A DNA stretch of 61,280 nt, taken from positions 1 to 61,280 of the forward strand of contig CAZJKV010000001.1 in assembly GCA_964546765.1 (NCBI GenBank), given 5' to 3'. Under the pieces are notes generated by a model, which had not been told where the DNA came from, made no database searches, and saw nothing but the letters and a program-made list of their open reading frames with translations. Source of the stretch: an uncultured Chromatiales bacterium (lineage in GTDB: Bacteria; Pseudomonadota; Gammaproteobacteria; SZUA-140). A program made the position numbers and the translations under genes. Of the stretch, positions 26,422-35,878 are shown piece after piece; the stretch's first letter is position 1; each line of letters begins with the position of its first letter.

Positions 26422-26907
26422 TCACAGGAATCTGACCAACAGGAACAGCCCGACCATTGCGAAGCCCAGCGCGAGTTTGCCCGCGGTCGCGATCAGGAAT
26501 CCGATGAACGCGCCGATGCCTGCGCTGGTCGCGGCCCTGATATGACCGCGCACCGTCAGCTCGCCGACGACGGCGCCGATAAACGGACCGAGCAGTATGC
26601 CGGGTATCCCGAAGAAAATCCCGATAACAGTGCCGATCGCTGCGCCGACGGCCGCGCGTGGCGAGGCGCCGAAGCGGCGCGCGCCGAGGGCCGAGGCGAG
26701 GAGCTCAATCGCGTAGGACAGCACGGCCATGACGCCGAGCGCAGCCAGCGTCCATGTTCCGACATGAACGAACCCTTCGCTCCATGCGGCGATAAGCAGG
26801 CCGGCAAAGACCAGTGCGATGCCGGGCAGTACCGGGACTACGAGCCCGGCCAGGCCGACGAGGACAAGGATCGCGGCCAGTATCCAGAGCAGTACGGTGA
26901 GGGTCAT
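26422..26907 (-). CDS. DUF456-family membrane protein
   Basis: 161 aa, four hydrophobic Gly/Ala-rich TM segments, typical of DUF456. Confidence 0.7.
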   Translation of the reverse strand: MTLTVLLWILAAILVLVGLAGLVVPVLPGIALVFAGLLIAAWSEGFVHVGTWTLAALGVMAVLSYAIELLASALGARRFGASPRAAVGAAIGTVIGIFFGIPGILLGPFIGAVVGELTVRGHIRAATSAGIGAFIGFLIATAGKLALGFAMVGLFLLVRFL

Positions 26908-26940
26908 GCAGTACGGGTCAGTCGCACGCCCGGAGACGGA

Positions 26941-27912
26941 TTATCTCGTCCGGTTCGCTTGCTGCGGGGTGAATACCTCGTTCACGCTGCTGAAGGTCAG
27001 GCCGGCGCCCGGGCCGCCGGCGATGGTATAGATTCTGCTGCCGATCGAGACGACACCCATGCCATGGCGGGCGGTGGGCATCGGAGCCAGGGCCTCCCAG
27101 CGGTTCGAGGCGGGATCGTAGCGTTCGACGTTGTCGAAGGTCCGTCGTTGCGCGCCGAAGGTCTCACCGCCGAACACATAGATACTGCCGTCATGCGCCG
27201 TCACGCCGACGCCGCTGCGGCCGGTCGGTAGGTCCGCCGCGCGCTGCCAGGCATCGGAGGCCGGGTCATAGACCTCGTTTGATGTCATCTCGAAATCGTT
27301 GCCGGCGCGGCCGGCGACGACATACAGTCTGCCGTCGACGGCGGCGGCGCCGAGGTGATCGCGGCCAGTGGGCATATCGCGACGGCGTTCCCAGGTGTCG
27401 TTCGCCGGATCATAGACCTCGAGTGTTGCGACCGAGGTATCGCGGTCGGTCTTACCGCCGACGACATGGATCCTGCCGTCGATGACAACCGCCACGACCG
27501 AACCGCGCGATGTCGGCATCGGCGCGCCGCGTCGCCACTCGCCGCGCGCCAGATCATAGACATGCAGGTCATCGGTCGGGTTGAACATGTGATCGCGGTA
27601 ACCGCCGATGATGTAGAGCTTGCCGTCGTGATAGGCGAAGCCTGCATGGTGTACGCCTGCGGGGATGTCGCCGAGTTTCTCCCACCGGTCAGCGCCCGGA
27701 GAATATGCGTACATCGCGCGCGGCATCGTCGGCTGCATGCGCCCCTGACCAAACCCGCCAATCAGATAGACGCGCTCGCCGTCGGTCGCGGCCGTGACCT
27801 CGGTACGCGCCTCCGGCAACGGCGCCCGCACCTGCCACTCACCCCCCGCGGCCATGCCCACCACTGGCATGCCCACCACCAGCATCAGCAGCATTCGGAT
27901 CATTCGGGTCAT
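26941..27912 (-). CDS. Secreted Kelch-repeat beta-propeller protein
   Basis: Repeated ..DG.IYV.GG.. / W....PMP..R units across the ORF. I prefer the start at the Met at 27912 (MTRMIRMLLMLVVGMPVVGMAAG signal peptide) over the track start at 28005. Confidence 0.75.
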   Translation of the reverse strand: MTRMIRMLLMLVVGMPVVGMAAGGEWQVRAPLPEARTEVTAATDGERVYLIGGFGQGRMQPTMPRAMYAYSPGADRWEKLGDIPAGVHHAGFAYHDGKLYIIGGYRDHMFNPTDDLHVYDLARGEWRRGAPMPTSRGSVVAVVIDGRIHVVGGKTDRDTSVATLEVYDPANDTWERRRDMPTGRDHLGAAAVDGRLYVVAGRAGNDFEMTSNEVYDPASDAWQRAADLPTGRSGVGVTAHDGSIYVFGGETFGAQRRTFDNVERYDPASNRWEALAPMPTARHGMGVVSIGSRIYTIAGGPGAGLTFSSVNEVFTPQQANRTR

Positions 27913-27993
27913 TCGGGGTCGGACCACCATAAGGCTATGATCGCAAAAATAATCGGGCGAATATACGCCCGTTTTTTCACCTTGGAAGGGGAT

Positions 27994-28085
27994 TTTCAGG
28001 GTCAAAATGGGCGGTTTAAGAGCGAGGGCCAGGTGTGTTGATAACCTTAGGACAGTAATTTCAGGGCCAAAATGGGGCGTTTAAG
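27994..28085. repeat. Two copies of a 27-nt direct repeat (24/27 identical) with a 65-nt period
   Basis: tttcagggTcaaaatgggCGgtttaag at 27994-28020 and tttcagggCcaaaatgggGCgtttaag at 28059-28085, in the AT-richer gap between the Kelch and DUF924 genes. Confidence 0.8.
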
Positions 28086-28133
28086 CCTGAAATGAGGCGA
28101 TAAACCAGCTTATTAGCCAATAGATACAGAATG

Positions 28134-28700
28134 TTACGGTGGTCCGACCCCGGACTGCCCGGACTGGGTGGGTTCGAGGTATTCGAGTTCTTCCGGGGTG
28201 CTTGCGCGGCCGAGGATTGCGTTGCGGTGGGGGAAGCGGCCGAAGCGGCGGACGGTGTCGCGATGTTGCAGGGCGTAGGACGCGTTGTCGAGGTTTGCGG
28301 TCGTGAACAGGCGTACCGACTCTTCCTGGATCTCGAGTCGTTCGCTGTGCATGAACGGCATGTATAAAAACGCCATTTCCCAATCCATGAGATGCCGGTC
28401 AAAACCGCGGACGATCGCCGACCGCGCGATCCGCAGCGCATGGTCATCGTTCGCGTAGCTCTCGGGCTTCCCCCGGAACAGATGACGCGAGAACTGGTCG
28501 AGCAGGATCACCAGTGCCAGCGCTGCGCGAGGATTTCCCGCCCAGTCATCGAGTTCGCCGGCGGCGGCGCGGCGATGCAACGCGCCGAAGCGTCGAGCGA
28601 TGTCACGGTCGACATCGTCGGACGGCTTGAACCAGTGTTCCCGCACCGGCGCGGCAAACCAGTATTCGAGCACGTCTTCATAGGAAGGCTCTGCATACAT
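28134..28700 (-). CDS. DUF924-family protein
   Basis: Trimmed to the Met at 28700 (MYAEPSYEDVLEYWF...). WF...D..I...F and FSRHLFRG motifs are typical of DUF924. Confidence 0.75.
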   Translation of the reverse strand: MYAEPSYEDVLEYWFAAPVREHWFKPSDDVDRDIARRFGALHRRAAAGELDDWAGNPRAALALVILLDQFSRHLFRGKPESYANDDHALRIARSAIVRGFDRHLMDWEMAFLYMPFMHSERLEIQEESVRLFTTANLDNASYALQHRDTVRRFGRFPHRNAILGRASTPEELEYLEPTQSGQSGVGPP

Positions 28701-28792
28701 AAGCCGATTATAGGGTATCAGGCAGTACCGGGTAAGGACCTGCCTGCCAGGCAGCAACAGCGCCCACCTGCCGGAGTTGCTATGATTCCGGC

Positions 28793-29458
28793 ATGTGCGG
28801 ACGACTCAACATCACCGTGAGCGGCGCGGCGCTGGTCGAGGTGTTCGGGATCGCGCGAGATGCGGATTTGCTCTCCGGATTTCCACCACGTTTCAATGTC
28901 GCACCGAGCCAGATCATCCCCGCCGTGCGCGATCAGAACGGCGACCGCGCGGCGTGCCTGCTGCGCTGGGGCCTGATCCCGTCCTGGGCGAAGGACCGCG
29001 ACCTGTCCTACAAGATGATCAACGCGCGCGCCGAGACGGTCGCCGACAAGCCCGCGTATCGCAACGCCTTTCGCCATCGGCGCTGCCTGATCCCGGTGAC
29101 CGGTTTCTACGAATGGCGGCAGGCCGACGGCAAGCAGCCTTACAATATCACCGCCGCCGATGGCCGGCCATTTGCGCTCGCGGGACTGTGGGAACATTGG
29201 GAGGGGGATGATGAGGTCGTCGAGTCCTGTACGATAATCGTGACTACGGCCAACGATCAGATGCGCCCGGTTCATGATCGCATGCCGGTGATCCTCGATC
29301 CCTCCGATTATGGCCGCTGGCTGGATCCCGGGGTGTCGGACAGGGAGAGGCTGTTGCCGCTGCTGGCGCCTTATCGGAACCCCCTGCAGATCTACCCGGT
29401 ATCGAAGCGGGTCAATAATCCCCGCAATGACGATGCCGCCTGCCTCACCGGTGTCTGA
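28793..29458 (+). CDS. yedK: SOS-response-associated peptidase (SRAP/YedK-type abasic-site sensor)
   Basis: 221 aa. N-terminal MCGR (catalytic Cys2), WGLIPSWAKD, NARAET, FYEW and the PVIL motif. Confidence 0.9.
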   Translation: MCGRLNITVSGAALVEVFGIARDADLLSGFPPRFNVAPSQIIPAVRDQNGDRAACLLRWGLIPSWAKDRDLSYKMINARAETVADKPAYRNAFRHRRCLIPVTGFYEWRQADGKQPYNITAADGRPFALAGLWEHWEGDDEVVESCTIIVTTANDQMRPVHDRMPVILDPSDYGRWLDPGVSDRERLLPLLAPYRNPLQIYPVSKRVNNPRNDDAACLTGV

Positions 29459-29467
29459 CGAACCGGA

Positions 29468-31288
29468 TCAGGTATTTTTATTGCGCATCAATAGGGCAAC
29501 CCCGATCGCCGCCGACAGCAGTGATGCACTGAACACCGCAATCTTTGCGGCGGCGAAGTCGTCTGCAACCGGAAAGGCCTGGCCGGCAATGAACAGGGAC
29601 ATCGTGAATCCGATGCCGGCCAGCGCGCCGGCGCCTGCGAGCTGGCGCCACGAATACGCGGCGGGCTTGTCGGCGAAACCGAGGCGCACCGCCAGCCATG
29701 AAAACAACACGAATCCAAGCGGCTTGCCGACGACGAGGCCCGCGATGATCGCGAGCATCAGCAGTTCATGGCCGCTGAACACGTCGGCCGAGACGACCAC
29801 GCCGGCATTCGCGAGCGCGAAGATCGGTAATACCAGAAGGCTCGAGCGCGGCGTCGCGTTGCGCAGCATGCGATCGGCCGGGGATTCTATGCGGTTATAG
29901 ATTGCATCGAGCGCGCGCAGCGTCACGACCGAGGGTCCGTGGCGCAGATGCTCCCTGCCGTGTTTCGCCTCGGTCGTGAGGATGGAGTCGGCCTGGATAG
30001 CGAGTGTCCGGTAATTCGGCGGCGGTCGTGTCGGGATGAAAGCCGCAAGGATCACGCCGGCGAGTGTCGCATGCAGCCCGCCGCTGTGGATGCAGATCCA
30101 CAGTATCGTGCCGAGGAGGATATACGGCGATGCGCGATACACGCCGGAATGGTTCAGCAACGCGAGCGCAGCGATGATTGCAATTGCGTAGACCAGCCAT
30201 GCGAGCTGCAGATCGCCTGAATAAAATATCGCAACGACGACGATTGCAGCGATGTCGTCGACGATCGCAGCCGCGGTCAGGAAAATACGTAACTCGATCG
30301 GCACGCGCCGCCCCAACATCGCGATCAGCGCGATCGCGAATGCGGTGTCGGTCGCCATCGGCACTCCCCAGCCGTTCGTCCATGGCCCCGTCGGGATGAT
30401 CAGGAGATAGAGCAGCGCCGGCACGATCATGCCGCCAAGCGCAGCCGCGATCGGGAACGCTGCGGAACGCCTTGTCGCGAGATGGCCGACCGTGAATTCC
30501 CGCTTTATTTCGAGGCCGACGACGAGAAAGAAGACTGTCAGCAGTGCGTCGTTGACCCAATGCGACAGCGACATGCGGAAATCGAGATCGCCGAGGATGA
30601 AGCCGAACTCGACATGCCAGAACGCCTCGAAACCGGGGCCCGACGGAGAATTCGCGAGCGCGATTGCGAGTGCCGTTGCAATCATCAGCAGCACCCCGGT
30701 CGATGGCGCCCAGCTTGCGAACGTCAGCGCGGCGGAATGTACGCGATGTCCGAGTGATCCGAGCAGCGCGTCGGACAGCGAGGTCTCGTCCCATGGCCCG
30801 TCATATCGGCGACCGTTGATGAAGAAGGTAGGGGTATAGCGCACGCCGCTCGCCCGGGCACTGTCGATATCGCTGTCGACCCGCGCCCGTGCCATCTCGA
30901 GGCGCTGCGCGGCGTCCTCGGCATCGCAGCGCGCAAGTCCGAGTTCGTCCGCGACGGCGCGCAGGTCGTCCTCGGTAAGCGTCTCGGAACGCGTCATCAG
31001 CGCGATGTGCGCGTCCCAGAACTGCTCATGCGATTCCGCGGTTTCCGCAAGGTCGGACGCGCGCCGCGCTATGCCGCTGCCCGTGATCGGCCGGTGCCTG
31101 AACACATAGCGTAACCGCTCGCCGAGACGGCTGCGCACCTCTGCGATTTGCTCGTTTGCCGTGCGGCAATGTGGGCAATCGTAGCTGCCGTATTCAACCA
31201 GCGTGATCGCTGCGCCGGGCGAACCCAGGATGTGGTCACGCCCCGGATCGACCGGGCGATCGAGTCGATTGCCGGAATCAGCGTCCAA
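29468..31288 (-). CDS. nhaA: Na+/H+ antiporter NhaA fused to an N-terminal DsbA-like thioredoxin-fold domain
   Basis: 606 aa. The first ~190 aa carry CPHC in a DsbA-like context ([13 protein letters not shown] ... [11 protein letters not shown]). The remainder has the NhaA signature ([28 protein letters not shown]). Confidence 0.85.
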   Translation of the reverse strand: MDADSGNRLDRPVDPGRDHILGSPGAAITLVEYGSYDCPHCRTANEQIAEVRSRLGERLRYVFRHRPITGSGIARRASDLAETAESHEQFWDAHIALMTRSETLTEDDLRAVADELGLARCDAEDAAQRLEMARARVDSDIDSARASGVRYTPTFFINGRRYDGPWDETSLSDALLGSLGHRVHSAALTFASWAPSTGVLLMIATALAIALANSPSGPGFEAFWHVEFGFILGDLDFRMSLSHWVNDALLTVFFLVVGLEIKREFTVGHLATRRSAAFPIAAALGGMIVPALLYLLIIPTGPWTNGWGVPMATDTAFAIALIAMLGRRVPIELRIFLTAAAIVDDIAAIVVVAIFYSGDLQLAWLVYAIAIIAALALLNHSGVYRASPYILLGTILWICIHSGGLHATLAGVILAAFIPTRPPPNYRTLAIQADSILTTEAKHGREHLRHGPSVVTLRALDAIYNRIESPADRMLRNATPRSSLLVLPIFALANAGVVVSADVFSGHELLMLAIIAGLVVGKPLGFVLFSWLAVRLGFADKPAAYSWRQLAGAGALAGIGFTMSLFIAGQAFPVADDFAAAKIAVFSASLLSAAIGVALLMRNKNT

Positions 31289-31347
31289 AGACCGGTCCGG
31301 ACAGGTCCGTGGTCACATCCCGAAAGGATACGACACCGTGGCGCATG

Positions 31348-34300
31348 TCAGGCGTGTTCAGCATCAGGCGCACGGCGCATTCGGTCGGCGAGCTTGCGCA
31401 GGGCGACGTAGAAGACCGGGGTCAGGAACAGGCCGAACAGCGTGACGCCAAGCATGCCGCAGAACACCGCGATGCCGAGGGCATGGCGGACCTCTGCGCC
31501 GGCTCCGCTCGCCAGCACCAGCGGGACGACCGCGGCGGTGAACGCGATCGAGGTCATGATGATCGGGCGCAGACGCAGACGGCAGGCCTCGAGCGCGGCA
31601 TCGATGACCCCCATGCCCTCGAGTTCCTTCTCGCGCGCGAACTCGACGATCAGGATCGCGTTCTTGCACGCGAGTCCCATCAGCAGTACGAGTCCGACCT
31701 GGACAAAGATATTATTGTCGCCGTCAGTCAGCCAGACGCCGAGCAGCGCCGCGAGCAGGCACATCGGCACGATCAGGATGATCGCGAGCGGCAGTATCCA
31801 CGACTCGTACAGCGCGGCGAGGACCAGGAACACCAGCAGCACCGCGAGCGGGAACACGATCAGCGCGGCATTACCCTGCGTCGCCTGCTGATAGCTGAGG
31901 TCGGTCCACTCGAAGCCCATGCCGGCCGGGAGCACGTTCGGTGCGATGACCTCGACGACGCCCATCGCCTGGTTCGACGACAGCAGGCGCGGGTCGGCCT
32001 CGCCGAACAGGTCGGCGGCCGGGTGACCGTTGTAGCGTATCACCGGATCCGGACCGAAGCCGTGATCGATGCGGACCATACCGCCGATCGGCACCATCTC
32101 GCCGTCGAAATTACGGGTACGCAGTCGACCGATATCGTCGATTTCGCTGCGGAATTCCGCATCCGCCTGGGCAATGACCTGGTAGGTCTTGCCGAAACGG
32201 TTGAAATCGTTGATATAGGCCGATCCAAGATAGACCTGCAGGGTCTCGTACAGCTCGGTCAGCGGGACGCCCTGGGCCTTGGCCTTGACGCGATCGACCT
32301 CGGCGTCGAGCTGCGGGACGTTCGACTGATAGGACGTGAACGGGAAGCCCATGCCGGGCACCTGTGCCAGTGCGCCGGACATGCCCATGACCGCGTTCTG
32401 CAGCTCGTTGTAGCCGAGCCCGGTGCGGTCCTGAACGTACAGCGAGTAGCCCGAGCCGGTGCCGATGCCGAGTATAGCCGGCGGCATGATCGCGAACGCA
32501 AAGGCCTCCTGTACGCCGGCGAATTTCATGTTCAGTTTGGCGGTGATCTCGGCCGCGCTACGGTGACGTTCACTGAAGTCGTCGAGACCGAAGAATACGG
32601 TACCGGTATTCGGCGTATTCGTGAACTGCATCGCGTTCAGGCCGGGGAACGCGACTGCGTTGGCGACACCCTCGGTCGACATCGCGATATCGCTGATCTT
32701 GCGTACCACCGCTTCGGTGCGGTCGAGCGACGCTCCGGCAGGCAATTGCACCCCGCCGATCAGGTACAGCTTGTCCTGGGTCGGGATAAAGCCCCCGGGC
32801 ACTGAATAGAAAATTGCGCCGGTAGCGGCGAGCAACAGCACATAGATCCCGAATACGATCCCGCGGTGATGCAGGCTGCGGCCGATGCCGCCCTGGTAGG
32901 CGTCTGCGCTGCGCTTGAAAAAGCGGTTGAACGGCTGGAACAGCCAGCGGCCGAACAGGAAATCGATGGCGCGGGTCGGCGCGTCTCTGGGCGCGCCGTG
33001 GGGCTTCAGCAGCACGGCTGCGAGGGCCGGTGACAGCGTCAGCGAATTGAATGCCGAGATCACGGTCGCAACCGCGATCGCGACCGCGAACTGCTTGTAG
33101 AACTGGCCGCTGACGCCCTCGAGGAAGGCCATCGGTACGAACACCGCGCACAGCACCAGCGCAATCGCGATGATCGGCCCGCTGACCTCTCGCATTGCCT
33201 GGTGCGCGGCGGCGAGCGGCTTCAGCCCGTTCGCGATGTTCCGCTCGACGTTCTCGACGACGACGATCGCGTCATCGACGACGATGCCGACCGCGAGCAC
33301 GAGGCCGAACAGCGTCAACGTGTTGATAGAAAATCCGAGCAGGTGCAGGACCGCGAATGCGCCGATGATCGACACCGGGACCGCGAGCAGCGGAATGATG
33401 GATGCGCGCCAGGTCTGCAGGAACAGTATCACGACCAGCACGACCAGCAGCACCGCCTCGAACAGCGTCATGATGACCGCGCGTATCGAGCCACGCACGA
33501 ATACGGTCGGGTCGTAGACGACCTTGTATTCGACACCCTCGGGGAAATGCTGCGACAGCTCGGCGGTCTTCGCGCGGACGCCGTCGGACAACGCGATCGC
33601 GTTCGATCCCGGCGCCTGGAAAATCGCGATCGCGACCGCCTGGTCGTTGTTCAGCAGCGAGCGCAGCGCGTATTCGGAGGCGCCGAGCTCGATGCGCGCG
33701 ACGTCCGACAGGCGGGTCATGCGCCCGTCCTCGCCGGTCTTGACTATGATCGCGCCGAATTCCTCCTCCGTGACGAGGCGCCCCTGGGCATTGATCGCGA
33801 GCAGGAAATCAGAGGTCTCGGCGGTCGGCGGCGCACCGAGCTGGCCTGCCGAAACCTGCACATTCTGCTCGCGCACCGCGCGCACGATATCGCCGGCAGT
33901 GAGATTTCGCGCCGCGGCCTTGTCCGGATCAATCCAGATGCGCATCGCATAATCGCCGGCGCCGAACACAAAGGCCTGCCCGACGCCGGTTACGCGCGAC
34001 AGTTCATCCTTGAGGCGAAGCGTCGCATAGTTGCGCAGGTAGATCGCGTCGTAGCGCCCGTCCGGCGACAGCAGGTGAACGACCATCGTCAGATTCGGCG
34101 ACATCTTTTCTGTGGTGACGCCCTGCAGGCGTACTGCCTCTGGCATGCGTGGCAGGGCCTGGTTGACGCGATTCTGCACCTGAACCTGGGCGAGGTCCGG
34201 GTCGGTGCCGGAGTCGAAGGTCACCGTGATCGCGAGCACGCCGTCGCTGCCCGAAACCGACTTCATGTACATCATGTTCTCGACGCCTGTGATCGCCTCC

Positions 34301-34503
34301 TCCAGCGGCGCAGCGACGGTCTCGGCGAGCACAGTCGGGTTGGCGCCGGGATAGACCGCGCGAACCTGCACCGTCGTCGGCACGACGTCCGGGTATTCGG
34401 TGATCGGCAGGTTCTGGATCGCGATGACGCCGGAGACGAAGATCACGATCGACAGTACCGCTGCAAAAATCGGGCGGTCAATGAAGAATCTGGAGAAGTC
34501 CAC
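31348..34503 (-). CDS. RND efflux permease (HAE1, AcrB/MexB-like)
   Basis: 1051 aa. MDFSRFFIDRPIFAAVLSIVIF... and a 12-TM RND architecture with two large periplasmic loops. Confidence 0.95.
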   Translation of the reverse strand: MDFSRFFIDRPIFAAVLSIVIFVSGVIAIQNLPITEYPDVVPTTVQVRAVYPGANPTVLAETVAAPLEEAITGVENMMYMKSVSGSDGVLAITVTFDSGTDPDLAQVQVQNRVNQALPRMPEAVRLQGVTTEKMSPNLTMVVHLLSPDGRYDAIYLRNYATLRLKDELSRVTGVGQAFVFGAGDYAMRIWIDPDKAAARNLTAGDIVRAVREQNVQVSAGQLGAPPTAETSDFLLAINAQGRLVTEEEFGAIIVKTGEDGRMTRLSDVARIELGASEYALRSLLNNDQAVAIAIFQAPGSNAIALSDGVRAKTAELSQHFPEGVEYKVVYDPTVFVRGSIRAVIMTLFEAVLLVVLVVILFLQTWRASIIPLLAVPVSIIGAFAVLHLLGFSINTLTLFGLVLAVGIVVDDAIVVVENVERNIANGLKPLAAAHQAMREVSGPIIAIALVLCAVFVPMAFLEGVSGQFYKQFAVAIAVATVISAFNSLTLSPALAAVLLKPHGAPRDAPTRAIDFLFGRWLFQPFNRFFKRSADAYQGGIGRSLHHRGIVFGIYVLLLAATGAIFYSVPGGFIPTQDKLYLIGGVQLPAGASLDRTEAVVRKISDIAMSTEGVANAVAFPGLNAMQFTNTPNTGTVFFGLDDFSERHRSAAEITAKLNMKFAGVQEAFAFAIMPPAILGIGTGSGYSLYVQDRTGLGYNELQNAVMGMSGALAQVPGMGFPFTSYQSNVPQLDAEVDRVKAKAQGVPLTELYETLQVYLGSAYINDFNRFGKTYQVIAQADAEFRSEIDDIGRLRTRNFDGEMVPIGGMVRIDHGFGPDPVIRYNGHPAADLFGEADPRLLSSNQAMGVVEVIAPNVLPAGMGFEWTDLSYQQATQGNAALIVFPLAVLLVFLVLAALYESWILPLAIILIVPMCLLAALLGVWLTDGDNNIFVQVGLVLLMGLACKNAILIVEFAREKELEGMGVIDAALEACRLRLRPIIMTSIAFTAAVVPLVLASGAGAEVRHALGIAVFCGMLGVTLFGLFLTPVFYVALRKLADRMRRAPDAEHA

Positions 34504-34516
34504 GGGCGATTCCCGA

Positions 34517-35707
34517 TCAGTGCATCATGCCGCCGGGAGGCCCGGGCGAAGGCGGGGGATCGCCCATCCCGATCTCGTGTGCCTGCACCGGCATGCCCGG
34601 GAAGAAAACCTTCTGCACACCATGGACGATGATCCGGTCGCCGGGCACGAGTCCGCTCTCAACGACGCGCAGGCCGTCGATCATGCGGCCGGGCCGGATG
34701 TCGCGCCGCATCGCGAGGCCGTCTTCGCCGACCACGTAGACGAACTTTCGATCCTGGTCGGTCAGCACCGCCTTGTCGTCTATCAGCATCGCCTCGAACG
34801 GATTGCCCGCGAGCAACTGCACACGTGCGAAAAGGCCTGGCGTAAGGATCCGCTCCGGGTTCGGCACCAGCGCGCGGGCGCGAATCGTACCGGTCGCCGG
34901 ATCGACGCGATTGTCGACGAAATCCAGTTCGCCTTCGTGCGGATAGCCGCTCTCTCCCGAGAGTTCGACGCGCACCGGGTAGCGCGCCTCGCGGCCGCCG
35001 CTGCGCTCGCCGCCGCGGTCCATCGCCTTGTAGCGCAAATAGGTCTGTTCGTCGCCTTCGAAATAGACATGTACCGGGTCGAGAGAGACGATCGTCGTCA
35101 GCAGGGTTGCGTTAGGTTCGGCAGAGACGAGGTTGCCCGCGGTCACCAGCGCGCGTCCGGCGCGGCCCGAGATCGGTGCGCGCACCTTCGTGAACTCGAG
35201 GTTGAGCGCCGCGACATCGACGGCGGCCTGGGCGGCGCGCACATTGGCCTCGGCCTGCGCGTGGGCAGCGCGGCGCTGGTCGAATTCCCCGACCGATATC
35301 GCCTTGGTCTCGACGAGCTTGCGCGCGCGCTCGAGTTCGGTTTGTGCGAGCAGATCCTGGACGCGTGCGCGCTCGAATTCGGCCACGGCAAGATCGTGCG
35401 CCGCGCGATAGGTACGGTCATCGATGACGAACAGTACATCGCCTTTGGCGATCTCGCGCCCTTCGACATAGTTGACGCGGTCGATATGGCCGCTGACGCG
35501 CGGGCGCAGTTCGACGGACTCGATTGCCTCGACGCGGCCGGTGAACTCATCCCACTGACTGACCTGCCGGACCGCAACGGCCGCGACGCTTACCTCGGAC
35601 GGGGGCGGCATCGCCTGTTCGTTCGCGGCCTCGCCGCTGCATCCGGTGAGCGCGACGCCGATGGCGGCGCCGATGATCATGATTATATGCCTGGGATTCA
35701 CTACCAT
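34517..35707 (-). CDS. RND efflux periplasmic adaptor (membrane fusion protein, AcrA-like)
   Basis: 396 aa. Lipoprotein-like N-terminus (..GVALTGCSG), then coiled-coil, lipoyl and beta-barrel segments typical of MFPs. It ends 13 nt upstream of the permease. Confidence 0.9.
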   Translation of the reverse strand: MVVNPRHIIMIIGAAIGVALTGCSGEAANEQAMPPPSEVSVAAVAVRQVSQWDEFTGRVEAIESVELRPRVSGHIDRVNYVEGREIAKGDVLFVIDDRTYRAAHDLAVAEFERARVQDLLAQTELERARKLVETKAISVGEFDQRRAAHAQAEANVRAAQAAVDVAALNLEFTKVRAPISGRAGRALVTAGNLVSAEPNATLLTTIVSLDPVHVYFEGDEQTYLRYKAMDRGGERSGGREARYPVRVELSGESGYPHEGELDFVDNRVDPATGTIRARALVPNPERILTPGLFARVQLLAGNPFEAMLIDDKAVLTDQDRKFVYVVGEDGLAMRRDIRPGRMIDGLRVVESGLVPGDRIIVHGVQKVFFPGMPVQAHEIGMGDPPPSPGPPGGMMH

Positions 35708-35878
35708 GCCTCGTTAATAACGATCGGTGGGCCGGTCGGACGGGATTTGACTCCGTCCCCGGATCCCGGGGTGGGCGGTCCGAAAATGATAGGGCCAGAA
35801 CCCATGTGCGTCCAGTATCGACAGGGAACGGTGGGTCAGTCTCGTGGTCCTGCGGCGGCAATGCCCCCGGGATGCGGA

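Noticed and set aside
27913-28005. Long start (28005) of the Kelch ORF
   Set aside because: The extra 31 codons run into the direct-repeat/AT-rich region and precede a clear signal peptide that begins at the Met at 27912.
27994-28085. Possible mini-CRISPR array (27-28-nt repeats with a 38-nt spacer)
   Set aside because: There are only two copies and they differ at 3 positions. No cas genes or leader-like features lie in the window. It is kept as an unexplained direct repeat, not as a CRISPR.
31309-32805. 498-aa plus-strand ORF, and the similar 476-aa ORF at 33202..34632
   Set aside because: Both are antisense to the clearly genuine RND permease. Their translations are Arg/Asp/His-rich low-complexity sequence typical of shadow ORFs in GC-rich DNA.
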